A stretch of DNA of 64,000 nucleotides from Clostridia bacterium (GCA_016935835.1 JAFGQE010000003.1:5063-69062); one strand, 5' to 3'; positions 49,176 to 58,440 are shown, counted from the stretch's first letter. Translations and numbers: made by a program. The notes: generated by a model not told the origin, from the letters alone.

Positions 49176-50058
49176 ATCAGGCTTCATAGCTGTAGTCGGC
49201 AGGCCGAATGTGGGCAAGTCAACATTGATTAACAAGCTAACGGGGCAAAAAGTCTCGATAGTATCACCTAAACCGCAGACCACAAGGAATACTGTCAGGG
49301 CGATAATCACCGATGAGAACAGTCAGATAGTTCTCATTGATACGCCCGGGATACATACCCCTAGGAGTAAGCTCGGGGAGTTCATGGTGGGCAGGGCCAT
49401 GGAAGCCCTGGACGACGCCGACGGCATTATATATATGGCGGAGGCCCCTGACGGAAGCCCTGGCAAGACGGATCTGATGATTATCGAGAAACTCAGGGGA
49501 CTGAAGCCGCCGGTCGTGCTTGCGCTCAACAAATGCGACTCGACGGATGCCGCAAGGATCGCAGGGGCGATATCAAATTTCTCAAGGCAGATGGAGTTTC
49601 ACGATGTTGTCCCCATCAGCGCCCTGACAGGTGAGAATGTCGATGTGATTTTTGAGATAATCAGGGGCATGCTGCCGGAGGGCATAATGTATTTCGATCC
49701 CGGGGATTATACGGACCAGCCTGAGAGGGTTGTGGCGGCGGAATTCATAAGGGAAAAGATACTGTTGCTGCTTAGGGATGAGATACCGCACGGCACCGGT
49801 GTTGAAATCACGACATTCAAGGACCGCGAAGGGAAAAACATAATAGATATAGACGCAGTCATATATTGCGATAAGAAATCACACAAGGGAATGATAATCG
49901 GGAAAAACGGCGCCATGCTGAAAAAAATCGGAACAATGGCAAGGGAGGACCTTGAAAACCTGCTCGGTGCAAGGGTTTTTCTCCAGCTTTGGGTCCGGGT
50001 CAAGGAAGACTGGCGCAATAAGAATACAGTCCTGCGGGACCTGGGATACAACAAGTAA
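49165..50058 (+). CDS. era: GTPase Era
   Basis: GRPNVGKST, PQTTR, DTPG, NKCD, KH domain GMIIGKNG, WVRVKEDWR. Confidence 0.97.
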   Translation: MAFKSGFIAVVGRPNVGKSTLINKLTGQKVSIVSPKPQTTRNTVRAIITDENSQIVLIDTPGIHTPRSKLGEFMVGRAMEALDDADGIIYMAEAPDGSPGKTDLMIIEKLRGLKPPVVLALNKCDSTDAARIAGAISNFSRQMEFHDVVPISALTGENVDVIFEIIRGMLPEGIMYFDPGDYTDQPERVVAAEFIREKILLLLRDEIPHGTGVEITTFKDREGKNIIDIDAVIYCDKKSHKGMIIGKNGAMLKKIGTMAREDLENLLGARVFLQLWVRVKEDWRNKNTVLRDLGYNK

Positions 50059-50798
50059 TGGATTATGCCAAATTCAGGGGAATTGTCATAAGAAGCACGG
50101 ATTATGGCGAAGGCGACAGGCTTTTGACAATCCTTGCCTTTGAAAAGGGAATGCTTACAATCAGGGCGAAGGGTGTCCGCAGGAAAGGCGCAAAGCTTTC
50201 ACATTGCGCCCAATTGTTTTTTTGCGGTGATTTTGAATGTGTATCAGGCAAGGGAAGGTATGTACTCACCGGCGGAAGCAGGCTTTACGATTATACCGGC
50301 ATAGCGGACGACCTTGAAAAGTACTACCATGCGTGTCATTTCATTGAAATAGCGTCAGCGGTGATCATGGAGGACCAGCCCGACGACGACATGCTCAGGC
50401 TTCTTTTGAATACCATGCATGTCATGATAAGCTCCGGCATGGACCTGGATTTGCTCACAGCGATATATGAATTGCGAACGGCTGTCATCACCGGGTTTGC
50501 GCCGGTAACCGGAGAATGCGCGGTTTGCGGGAAAACGCAGGATGAGATGGTGTTTTCACCTGACAACGGAGGAATGGTCTGCTGTGTTCCGGGAATGCCC
50601 GTCGACAAGGAGACGGCAAAGGCAATCGCGCATATATCTTCCTGCGAAGACGGAAAGCTGTTTTCAATCAGACTTCCGAAAAAGCAAATTGCAGGGCTTA
50701 AAAAAATCGGGACCAAATACCTTGAATTTGTACTTGACAGAAAATTCGGCAAGCTTGAGGGCTTTGAAAGATATAACAACGGAGGTGGGTCCGGATGA
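50058..50798 (+). CDS. recO: DNA repair protein RecO
   Basis: DYGEGDRLLTIL, AKGVRR, CAVCG..GGMVC; follows era. Confidence 0.92.
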   Translation: MDYAKFRGIVIRSTDYGEGDRLLTILAFEKGMLTIRAKGVRRKGAKLSHCAQLFFCGDFECVSGKGRYVLTGGSRLYDYTGIADDLEKYYHACHFIEIASAVIMEDQPDDDMLRLLLNTMHVMISSGMDLDLLTAIYELRTAVITGFAPVTGECAVCGKTQDEMVFSPDNGGMVCCVPGMPVDKETAKAIAHISSCEDGKLFSIRLPKKQIAGLKKIGTKYLEFVLDRKFGKLEGFERYNNGGGSG

Positions 50799-51784
50799 AA
50801 ATTGCTGTTTTGGCGAACAGTGTCAGGACCGGGCAGGTTTTTACGGACGGGCAGCTGGCTGAGATAGGAAGAATGGGCGAACTGCTCCGAAACGATGAAC
50901 CGGAAGGACCGGGCCTTGAAAAAGCGGCCATGCTTATAAAAGACGCAGCGATAGCCGTGACTTCATGGGATTGCCCCGTCCTTGACGAGGCGGTTCTGAA
51001 GGAAGCCCCGGGCCTGAAACTTGTTTTCCATGCGGCGGGCTCTGTAAAGGGAATAGTAAGCGAAGCCATATGGGACAGGGGGATCAGGGTCTCGTCAGCC
51101 GCGTCGGCGCTTGGCAGGGGCGTTGCCGAAACGGCCCTCGGGCTTACGATAACTTCATTGAAAAATGTGTGGAATCTTTCAAAGGTAACCGGATATGGAG
51201 GCTGGAACGGCTGCAATGATACAGTGAGGGAACTGTATGGCATCAATATCGGCATAATTGGGGCGGGGCATGCCGGCAGGCATTTCATAAGGCTTTTGAA
51301 AAATTTTGACGCAGGCATTTTGCTATACGACCCGACATTGGATGACGGGCAATGCGCTGCGCTGGGCGCGAAAAAAACCGGGCTGGAGGAATTGCTGGCC
51401 GACAGCGATGTCGTTTCAATCCATGCACCCTCGGTTCCCGCTACATACCATATGCTTAATTCGTCGAACCTTGGGCTGATGAAAGACAGGGCGATCCTGA
51501 TAAATACGGCCAGGGGCAGCCTGATCGATGAAACCGCATTGATTACCGAGCTGAAAAAAGGAAGGATATCAGCCTGCATAGATGTGACCGATCCGGAACC
51601 CCCGGATATTTCAAGCGAACTCAGGCAGCTTCCAAACGTCATCCTTACCCCTCACATATCAGGAAGCGTAAACAACGGCAAAAAACGCATAGGCCGTCTG
51701 GCGGTTGATGAAATATCATCATTTTTAGCCTGCGGCAAGCTGGGCTTTGAAATAAAAAGGGAAGATTTGCCGACACTTGCATGA
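50795..51784 (+). CDS. D-isomer-specific 2-hydroxyacid dehydrogenase family protein
   Basis: HAAGSVK, GIIGAGHAG, SIHAP, INTARG, DVTDPEP, TPHISG. Confidence 0.9.
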   Translation: MKIAVLANSVRTGQVFTDGQLAEIGRMGELLRNDEPEGPGLEKAAMLIKDAAIAVTSWDCPVLDEAVLKEAPGLKLVFHAAGSVKGIVSEAIWDRGIRVSSAASALGRGVAETALGLTITSLKNVWNLSKVTGYGGWNGCNDTVRELYGINIGIIGAGHAGRHFIRLLKNFDAGILLYDPTLDDGQCAALGAKKTGLEELLADSDVVSIHAPSVPATYHMLNSSNLGLMKDRAILINTARGSLIDETALITELKKGRISACIDVTDPEPPDISSELRQLPNVILTPHISGSVNNGKKRIGRLAVDEISSFLACGKLGFEIKREDLPTLA

Positions 51785-51844
51785 CGGACCGGTGATTAAG
51801 GGCGAATAACCAATATATGCGTTGGGCGCGGAAAACGGTGTTTA

Positions 51845-51873
51845 TTGCGCGGCTGTATATGCTGCTATATAAT
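51845..51873 (+). promoter_or_regulatory. sigma-A-like promoter of the GNAT-SIS-HAD operon
   Basis: TTGCGC, 17-nt spacer, TATAAT. Confidence 0.55.
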
Positions 51874-51899
51874 ATCTATGATTTGCAAGGAGGCAGTGC

Positions 51900-52439
51900 A
51901 TGTTGCTAAAAGGCGGGAACCTGTCGCTCGGCCCACTGAGAAAAGATGACCTTGATTTGCTGGCATCCTGGTATGAGGACGTTGATTTCCTGCGGTTCTA
52001 TGACTACCATGCCGCGGTTCCAAAGACAAGGGGGCAACTTGAAAAGATATATGAAAACGCTGATACCGACGGATTCATGGCATTTGCGGTCAGGAAAAAC
52101 GAAGACGGCAAGATGATCGGACTGGTTGAGATAGACGGCATTTCATATTCCAACGGATTCGCATGGGTGTCAGTCGGCTTTGGGGAGAAGACGGAAAGGG
52201 GCCGCGGATACGGGTTCGAGGCGATGAGCCTTGCCATCGAATTTGCGTTCTCGGAACTAAACCTTGACAGGCTTCAGCTTAACGTAATATCGTACAATAA
52301 TGCCGGCATAAGGCTCTACGAAAAACTCGGGTTTGTCAGGGAAGGGGTTTACAGGGAGGCCGTCCTCAGGGATGGAGGCCGGCACGATCTTTATCTGTAC
52401 GGTTTATTAAGAAGGGAATGGAAAAATGGGAACAGCTGA
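51900..52439 (+). CDS. GNAT N-acetyltransferase (RimJ/RimL/SpeG-like)
   Basis: RGRGYG, AFSELNLDRLQLNV, LYEKLGFVREG, YGLLRREW. Confidence 0.9.
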   Translation: MLLKGGNLSLGPLRKDDLDLLASWYEDVDFLRFYDYHAAVPKTRGQLEKIYENADTDGFMAFAVRKNEDGKMIGLVEIDGISYSNGFAWVSVGFGEKTERGRGYGFEAMSLAIEFAFSELNLDRLQLNVISYNNAGIRLYEKLGFVREGVYREAVLRDGGRHDLYLYGLLRREWKNGNS

Positions 52440-53001
52440 ATATATCAGGAAATATATGGAAGAGCAGGCATCCGCGGTCATGAAGTCCCCGTTCGCCGAC
52501 ATAGAGAAATTCTGCGCCATGCTGCTTGACGCCCGCAAGGATGGCAAAAGAATATTCTTCGCAGGCAACGGAGGCAGCGCGGCGACCGCATCCCATTTTA
52601 CGAATGACTTGGTCAAGGGCCTTTCCCCGGGAAACGTAAAACGATTCAGGGCTTTTTCACTGGTGGACCAGGTGCCGGTGATTACGGCGCTGGCAAATGA
52701 TTACGATTATTCGGTGATATTTTCAGAACAACTGAAGAATTACGGTGAAAAGGACGACCTGCTCATTGTCATCAGCGGAAGCGGCAACAGCCCCAATGTT
52801 TTGAAGGCATGCGAAACAGCCGCTGAAATGGGAATCAAGACAATCTCAATGACCGGCCGGGACGGCGGCAGGCTCCGGGATCTTTGCGATCTTTCTGTAA
52901 TCGCGCCTGTACATGACATGGAAAGAATAGAAGACATCCATATGTTGTGGGAGCATTGCATAATCTGCGCTTTGCGTCAGGTCATCGATGGAGAGGTATA
53001 G
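52426..53001 (+). CDS. SIS-domain phosphosugar isomerase, GmhA-like
   Basis: GNGGSAATASH, TALANDY, ISGSGNSPNV, TGRDGG, IEDIH. Confidence 0.85.
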   Translation: MGTAEYIRKYMEEQASAVMKSPFADIEKFCAMLLDARKDGKRIFFAGNGGSAATASHFTNDLVKGLSPGNVKRFRAFSLVDQVPVITALANDYDYSVIFSEQLKNYGEKDDLLIVISGSGNSPNVLKACETAAEMGIKTISMTGRDGGRLRDLCDLSVIAPVHDMERIEDIHMLWEHCIICALRQVIDGEV

Positions 53002-53003
53002 GG

Positions 53004-53807
53004 ATGGAGATAATCAACAAACTGGCTGCAACAGGCAAAATCCATTCTGTCGTATTTGACTTCGACGGCACCCTGAGCCTGATAAGGAAAGGCTGGCAGG
53101 AAATCATGACGCCATATTTCGCGGAGGTTCTTTCGGGAGCCCCGGGAGGCGGTTCATATCAGTCTGAATTCGAATGTGCAAGGGAGTTCATAGATTTGCT
53201 TACGGGCAAGCAGACCATCTACCAGTGCATCAAGCTTAATGAGGAAGTGACTGCCAGGGGAGGGGAATCCATCGACCCGATAAAATACAAAAATGAATAC
53301 CACAGGCGGCTTCTCGAAAAAATCGATTACCGCCGCAAGGGTCTTGCCGACGGCGGCATCAAGCCCGTGGAATATCTGGTGCCGGGGTCGGTTGAAATAG
53401 TTGAGATGCTGTCGGGCCGCGGCGTGGAAATATATCTGGCCAGCGGAACGGATGAGATGTACGTCCTGCAGGAAGCCGCCCTTCTAGGCCTTGACAAGTA
53501 TTTTAAAGGCAGGATTTACGGCGCCAGGGATGACTACAGGTTGTTTTCAAAGGCGATGGTAATCAGAAGGATCCTCGATGACAACGACCTCCACGGATCT
53601 ATGCTCGCGGGGTTCGGGGATGGGTATGTGGAGATTGAGAACATAAAGGAAGCCGGGGGAACGGCCATAGGGGTGGCTACGGATGAGGAAAAAATGGAAG
53701 GAATCGACGAATGGAAGCGCATCAGGCTCATCAAGGCCGGGGCCGATGCCATAATTCCCGATTTCAAGCAGCTTTTTGAAATAGAAAAATACTTGTTTGG
53801 AGGTTGA
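53004..53807 (+). CDS. HAD-superfamily hydrolase
   Basis: Motif I FDFDGTLS, motif II LASGT, motif IV FGDGYVEI. Confidence 0.85.
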   Translation: MEIINKLAATGKIHSVVFDFDGTLSLIRKGWQEIMTPYFAEVLSGAPGGGSYQSEFECAREFIDLLTGKQTIYQCIKLNEEVTARGGESIDPIKYKNEYHRRLLEKIDYRRKGLADGGIKPVEYLVPGSVEIVEMLSGRGVEIYLASGTDEMYVLQEAALLGLDKYFKGRIYGARDDYRLFSKAMVIRRILDDNDLHGSMLAGFGDGYVEIENIKEAGGTAIGVATDEEKMEGIDEWKRIRLIKAGADAIIPDFKQLFEIEKYLFGG

Positions 53808-53808
53808 T

Positions 53809-54774
53809 ATGCCTTTTGAGAAATTCGACAGGAGCAGGCTGGTCCTGAAAGATCTGAATGAAAGGGTGCACGACCTTGATATATCCATAATGCAGGATCC
53901 CTGGAAGGTCCCGCCGCATTTTGACAACGCAAACCTTGACGAAGTCGCAAAAAGGATAAAAATCGCAAAAAGCAGGAACGCAGCCGTGATTATGATGATG
54001 GGCGCCCATGTGATAAGGGCGGGTGCCGCGCCGTGGCTTATCAGGCTTATGGAAGAAGGTTATGTAACCCATTTCGCAATGAACGGAGCCGGAGCGATAC
54101 ATGACTTTGAATTTGCGATGATCGGGGCCACTACTGAAAGCGTCGCCAGATATATAAGCGAAGGGCAGTTCGGATTATGGAAACAGAGCGGGCTTATAAA
54201 TGATTTTATAAACCAGGGGGCCGCGGCCGGCCTCGGCCATGGTGAAATTCTTGGGATGGCAATCGAGGAAGCAAAATTCAAATACAGGGAATACAGCCTG
54301 CTCGCCGCCGGATACAGGAACAGGGTTCCCGTAACCGTTCATGTCGGGGTCGGCCTTGATTTCATCCACCAGCATCAAAATTGCGACGGCGCGATGCTCG
54401 GCAAGGCTTCCTACGAGGATTTTCTAATATATGCAAGGACGATTGAAAATCTCGAAAACGGTGTATTCCTGAACTTCGGATCCGCCGTCACAGGCCCGGA
54501 GGTTTATCTCAAGGCGCTGTCAATGGCAAGGAACGTTGCACATTCGCAGGGGAGGAAAATAACTGACTTCACCACGGCGGTATTCGACCTCCTTCCGCTT
54601 GGAGACGATACGGGCGAAGCTCCGTGCAAGTCCGATCCCAGATACTATTTCCGGCCCTGGAAGACAATCCTTTCAAGAACGGTCGCGGACGGCGGCCGGG
54701 GTTTTTATATACAAGGGGACCATAAGGATACGGTTGCCGGCCTGGCATTCAGGCTTCTTGACGGAGAGAAATAA
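53809..54774 (+). CDS. Uncharacterised deoxyhypusine-synthase-like (DHS NAD-binding fold) protein
   Basis: MMGAHVI, NGAGAIHDFEFA, VPVTVHV, NFGSAVTGPEVYLKAL resemble DHS-like family segments. Confidence 0.55.
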   Translation: MPFEKFDRSRLVLKDLNERVHDLDISIMQDPWKVPPHFDNANLDEVAKRIKIAKSRNAAVIMMMGAHVIRAGAAPWLIRLMEEGYVTHFAMNGAGAIHDFEFAMIGATTESVARYISEGQFGLWKQSGLINDFINQGAAAGLGHGEILGMAIEEAKFKYREYSLLAAGYRNRVPVTVHVGVGLDFIHQHQNCDGAMLGKASYEDFLIYARTIENLENGVFLNFGSAVTGPEVYLKALSMARNVAHSQGRKITDFTTAVFDLLPLGDDTGEAPCKSDPRYYFRPWKTILSRTVADGGRGFYIQGDHKDTVAGLAFRLLDGEK

Positions 54775-55820
54775 TGGAAAGAAAACGCATTGTAGAAATT
54801 TTCAGCAGATTCAGGGATTTGAAGATAGCCGTCATCGGTGATTTTGTGCTGGACAAGTACCTTGTCATTGACACAAGGCTCAGCGAACCGTCGTTGGAAA
54901 CACCCCACATGGCGTATCAGGTTGTCGCAAGCCGGCAATATCCCGGGGCCAGCGGCACAATCACCAATAATCTTGCTGCGCTCGGGGCGGGCGGGGTATA
55001 TGCCGTGACATTCATAGGAAACGACGGAACCGGATTCGAACTGAAAAGGGAGCTCCGGGCGCGCGGGATAAAATTCGATTACATAACGGAAACCGATGAG
55101 ATGATAACCCCCTCATATGTCAAACCCATGATGTGGGAGGGCGGCCGGGAGGAAGAAAGCAACCGGCTGGACATCAAGAACTTCAGGAATACCCCGGAAA
55201 GGCTTGAGAATGCAATCCTGTCCAGGCTCGATGATGTATTTGAAAAAGCGGACGCCGTCATAATACTGGACCAGATGGTGGAAAGCAACTGCGGGGTCAT
55301 AACCGGCAAAGTCAGGGAAAGGCTCATAGAACTCGGAAGCAGGCGTTCAAAAAAGATAATATACGCGGATTCGCGGTCAAAGATACATATGTTCAGGAAT
55401 ATGTCCGTAAAATGCAATAATTTCGAAGCCTGCCGGGCCTTTTATCCGGATCTGAATGGCGAGCCTGAAATGGACATGGTGCTGGAATGCGGAAACCGCC
55501 TCTTCAGGCAAAACGGGAAGCCGGTCTTCGTTACCATGGGAAAAAACGGCATAATGACCTTTGGAGAGAAGGGAACGATAGTAGTCCCGACAGAGGATGT
55601 ACCGGGTCCATACGACATTTGCGGGGCGGGTGATTCGGTAAGCGCCGCCGTGGTCAGTTCGCTTGCCGCCGGCGCCGACGAGGTCGAGGCTGCATTCATA
55701 GGAAATATGGCTGCCGCCGTGACGATCAGGAAGCTCGGTGTCACGGGAACGGCGTCACTTGAAGAAGTTCTGGATACATACGACGGATGGTTCAGGAGGA
55801 CGGCGCCATGGCAAAGATAG
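54774..55820 (+). CDS. PfkB-family kinase resembling the HldE/RfaE heptose-7-phosphate kinase domain
   Basis: KIAVIGDFVLDKY, PGASGTITNNLAALG, VTMGKNG, DICGAGD, IRKLGVT. No adenylyltransferase domain. Confidence 0.8.
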   Translation: MERKRIVEIFSRFRDLKIAVIGDFVLDKYLVIDTRLSEPSLETPHMAYQVVASRQYPGASGTITNNLAALGAGGVYAVTFIGNDGTGFELKRELRARGIKFDYITETDEMITPSYVKPMMWEGGREEESNRLDIKNFRNTPERLENAILSRLDDVFEKADAVIILDQMVESNCGVITGKVRERLIELGSRRSKKIIYADSRSKIHMFRNMSVKCNNFEACRAFYPDLNGEPEMDMVLECGNRLFRQNGKPVFVTMGKNGIMTFGEKGTIVVPTEDVPGPYDICGAGDSVSAAVVSSLAAGADEVEAAFIGNMAAAVTIRKLGVTGTASLEEVLDTYDGWFRRTAPWQR

Positions 55821-56596
55821 CCCTCGCACAATTTGAAAGCATAATCAACGATGTCGGGGCCAATAAGGATAAAATGGTTTCCATGATACGCAGGGCTGCG
55901 ATTGAAAAGGCTGATATCATTGTTTTCCCAGAGTTGTTTTCAACCGGATATAACTTGGATTTGATCGGGGACGGCATATATGACATGGCAGAGGACTCTT
56001 CGGGTCCGGTGATATCCGCGGCATGCGCGGAAGCGGCCCTTGCCAAAATATATGTGGTCGCGCCGGTGGCATACAAGGACGGAGGGGCTATATATAATTC
56101 GGCGGTTGTCATAGACGATCGGGGCCGGGTGGTTAACGTATACCACAAGAACAATCTGTGGGACAAGGAACAGAAGTATTTTGGATACGGCGGCCACGAC
56201 TACAGGGTATACAAAACCCCATTTGCAAGGTTCGGGGTAATCATATGCTACGACGTGGATTTCCCCGAGACAAGCAGGGCCCTTGCAAAGGCGGGCGCGC
56301 AGATAATATTCGTGCCGGCGGCATGGGCGGTTACCCACAGGAGCCTTTGGGATATATTCCTCCCGGCCCGGGCGCTTGAAAATACGGTATTCATAGCCGG
56401 GGTCAACAGGACCGGGACCGAGGGCGAAGAGATTTACTTCGGGGACTCCAAGGTCTTCGACCCTACGGGAACCCTTGCGGCAAAGGCGGGGGAATGGAAA
56501 GAGGGACTCCTTGTCTGTGACCTGGACATTAAGACAATAGAAAAAATCCGGGAGGATTTCCCTTATCTCAGGGAATTGCGCAGGGATTATCCGTAA
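55808..56596 (+). CDS. Carbon-nitrogen hydrolase (nitrilase superfamily)
   Basis: Catalytic triad motifs FPELF, YHK, ICYDVDFPE; ARALEN. Confidence 0.92.
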   Translation: MAKIALAQFESIINDVGANKDKMVSMIRRAAIEKADIIVFPELFSTGYNLDLIGDGIYDMAEDSSGPVISAACAEAALAKIYVVAPVAYKDGGAIYNSAVVIDDRGRVVNVYHKNNLWDKEQKYFGYGGHDYRVYKTPFARFGVIICYDVDFPETSRALAKAGAQIIFVPAAWAVTHRSLWDIFLPARALENTVFIAGVNRTGTEGEEIYFGDSKVFDPTGTLAAKAGEWKEGLLVCDLDIKTIEKIREDFPYLRELRRDYP

Positions 56597-56657
56597 AGCA
56601 GGAAATCATCCCAGGGATAAAACCCATAAAGCAGGAAATCATCCCAGGGATAAAACC
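56594..56657. repeat. Tandem duplication: two identical 31-bp copies, period 33
   Basis: TAAAGCAGGAAATCATCCCAGGGATAAAACC at 56594-56624 and 56627-56657. Each copy contains the palindrome ATCCC-A-GGGAT. Confidence 0.95.
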
Positions 56658-56721
56658 ATGTGCTGCCGGCGATTTTCATATCATGGAAATATATTAAACT
56701 TTATAAGCGGAGGGAATGGCA

Positions 56722-58197
56722 ATGGCAGGAATCTATCTTAACGAAGACAATTCGCATTATTTCATGGAAAGGGCTGATAAGGCTTCCGACATTAAGGAAA
56801 TCAGGGACTTCATCCTGCAGTACGAGCGAACGAACGTTGAGAAGATGTTTCTTTGCGCCAGCTGCCAGAAAACGAACTTCCCGACGAAAACCGGGTCGAT
56901 CATATTTGAGGATGTCGATTACGACTCGCCTCTGTTTGACAGGCTCTCCAATTTCAGTAAGTGGAGTATGGCGGTGGGCGATATTGTCGCCAAGGGGATT
57001 GACATATACTCCATATGGATTGATACCCTTAGGGAAACAGGCATCTCGCCCTGGATGAGCATGCGCATGAATGATGTTCACAATGCCGACGATATCAACT
57101 CACTGATACACAGCGCTTTCTATAAAAACAACCTTGATTACCGCAGGGCCATGTACAGGGATGAAAAATGGGAGGACAGGCAGCTCGACTATATGATAAA
57201 GGAAGTACGGGATTATCATTTCGGGCTTGTGCTGGAGTATTTTGAGAAGTATGATTTCGACGGCCTCGAACTGGACTGGATGCGTTTCGGAAACCATTTT
57301 AAAGCGGGTTATGAGGACGAGGGAAGGGCTGTCCTTGATGATTTTATGAGAAGGACCAAGGAAACCGCTTTGAAATACGAGAAAATCCGCGGACACAGGA
57401 TAGAACTGGCCGCAAGGGTGCCGGTCAAGCCTGAAAGCGCTTTCGACATGGGAATGGATGGTGCGGGCTGGGCCAGGGCCGGTTATGTGGATCATTTGAT
57501 TCCATCGCCATTCTGGCATACCAGCCAGGCGGACATACCGGTCGAGAGGTGGAAGCAGCTGGTTTACGGCACAAGCTGCAGGATCGCCCCATGTATAGAG
57601 ATATGCCTGCGCCAGTACGCCTTTCCCGGGTGCAAAAATGAATTCCAGTATAATTCCATTGAAACAATCAAAGGTGCTGCGAAATCATTCGTCGACAGGG
57701 GAGCGGATGCGGTTTACCTTTTCAATTATATGGACAGGCAGAGCGCCCCGTATGATGAAGCAGGCTATAGGGAAATTATAACTTCTGTGGGTAAAAACGA
57801 GCTGATGAACAAGGGAATCAGAAGGCATGTCCTTACTTTCAACGACAGGCAGCCGGAGGGAATGCCTTCTGATGAAAGGTTGCCGTGCATGTTGAAAAAG
57901 AAGAAATTCGAGGGTTTTCGGATTCATACGGGTACGGCGGTTGCGGGGGAAGCACGGTTTGCCCTGCTGTCATTCAAAGGCAGGGAGGATATCAGCTCCA
58001 CTGATATAGAGGTATATGCAAATGGAAGAAAATGCGTTTTCGACGGAAAAAAGGACCCGGGCCACCCAAGGCCTGTAAACACCACATTCGCCTGGCGCAT
58101 GCCGGCTGAAAGCGTCAAGGACGGATACCAGGTGCTGGAAGTGGTGGCCTGTGATGAAGGATTTGTTCTTGACTGGCTGGAGATATTCATAGGCTGA
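56722..58197 (+). CDS. Glycoside-hydrolase-like TIM-barrel protein (GHL10/DUF187-like), cytoplasmic
   Basis: SMRMNDVH, LDYMIKEVRDY, YDFDGLELDWMRF, GADAVYLFNY. No signal peptide. Confidence 0.65.
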   Translation: MAGIYLNEDNSHYFMERADKASDIKEIRDFILQYERTNVEKMFLCASCQKTNFPTKTGSIIFEDVDYDSPLFDRLSNFSKWSMAVGDIVAKGIDIYSIWIDTLRETGISPWMSMRMNDVHNADDINSLIHSAFYKNNLDYRRAMYRDEKWEDRQLDYMIKEVRDYHFGLVLEYFEKYDFDGLELDWMRFGNHFKAGYEDEGRAVLDDFMRRTKETALKYEKIRGHRIELAARVPVKPESAFDMGMDGAGWARAGYVDHLIPSPFWHTSQADIPVERWKQLVYGTSCRIAPCIEICLRQYAFPGCKNEFQYNSIETIKGAAKSFVDRGADAVYLFNYMDRQSAPYDEAGYREIITSVGKNELMNKGIRRHVLTFNDRQPEGMPSDERLPCMLKKKKFEGFRIHTGTAVAGEARFALLSFKGREDISSTDIEVYANGRKCVFDGKKDPGHPRPVNTTFAWRMPAESVKDGYQVLEVVACDEGFVLDWLEIFIG

Positions 58198-58327
58198 ACC
58201 GATATTCTTGAAACGGCCCCGGCAGCGATTGAGAATTTCCATGGCGGGGAAGAAAACGGTGCAAGTACAACTGTCCGAAAGGCCGGGCAATTGATTTTAC
58301 AGGATATGGCGGGATATATTGCATATA

Positions 58328-58356
58328 TTGAATACATGCCAAAAAATGTGTATAAT
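58328..58356 (+). promoter_or_regulatory. sigma-A promoter of the opp operon
   Basis: TTGAAT, 17-nt spacer, TATAAT. Confidence 0.65.
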
Positions 58357-58440
58357 CATAAAATAACAGGAAATCAATTTACTCGGCATGGTTCGGAATT
58401 GATTTGGAAGCCCATAAAAAAATGTTTGGGGGGGAATAAT

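Noticed and set aside
50698..51642. 314-aa minus-strand ORF, and similar ones at 3825-4577, 32538-33329 and 46517-47284
   Set aside because: Antisense shadows with Ser/Pro-rich or motif-less translations, fully overlapping confident genes.
52426..55820. Calling the cluster a canonical gmhA-gmhB-hldE LPS heptose operon
   Set aside because: There is no adenylyltransferase domain, the HAD is not GmhB-type, and no LPS genes are present, so gene symbols were withheld.
56594..56657. Possible mini CRISPR array
   Set aside because: Only two copies, separated by 2 nt with no spacer, and no cas genes.
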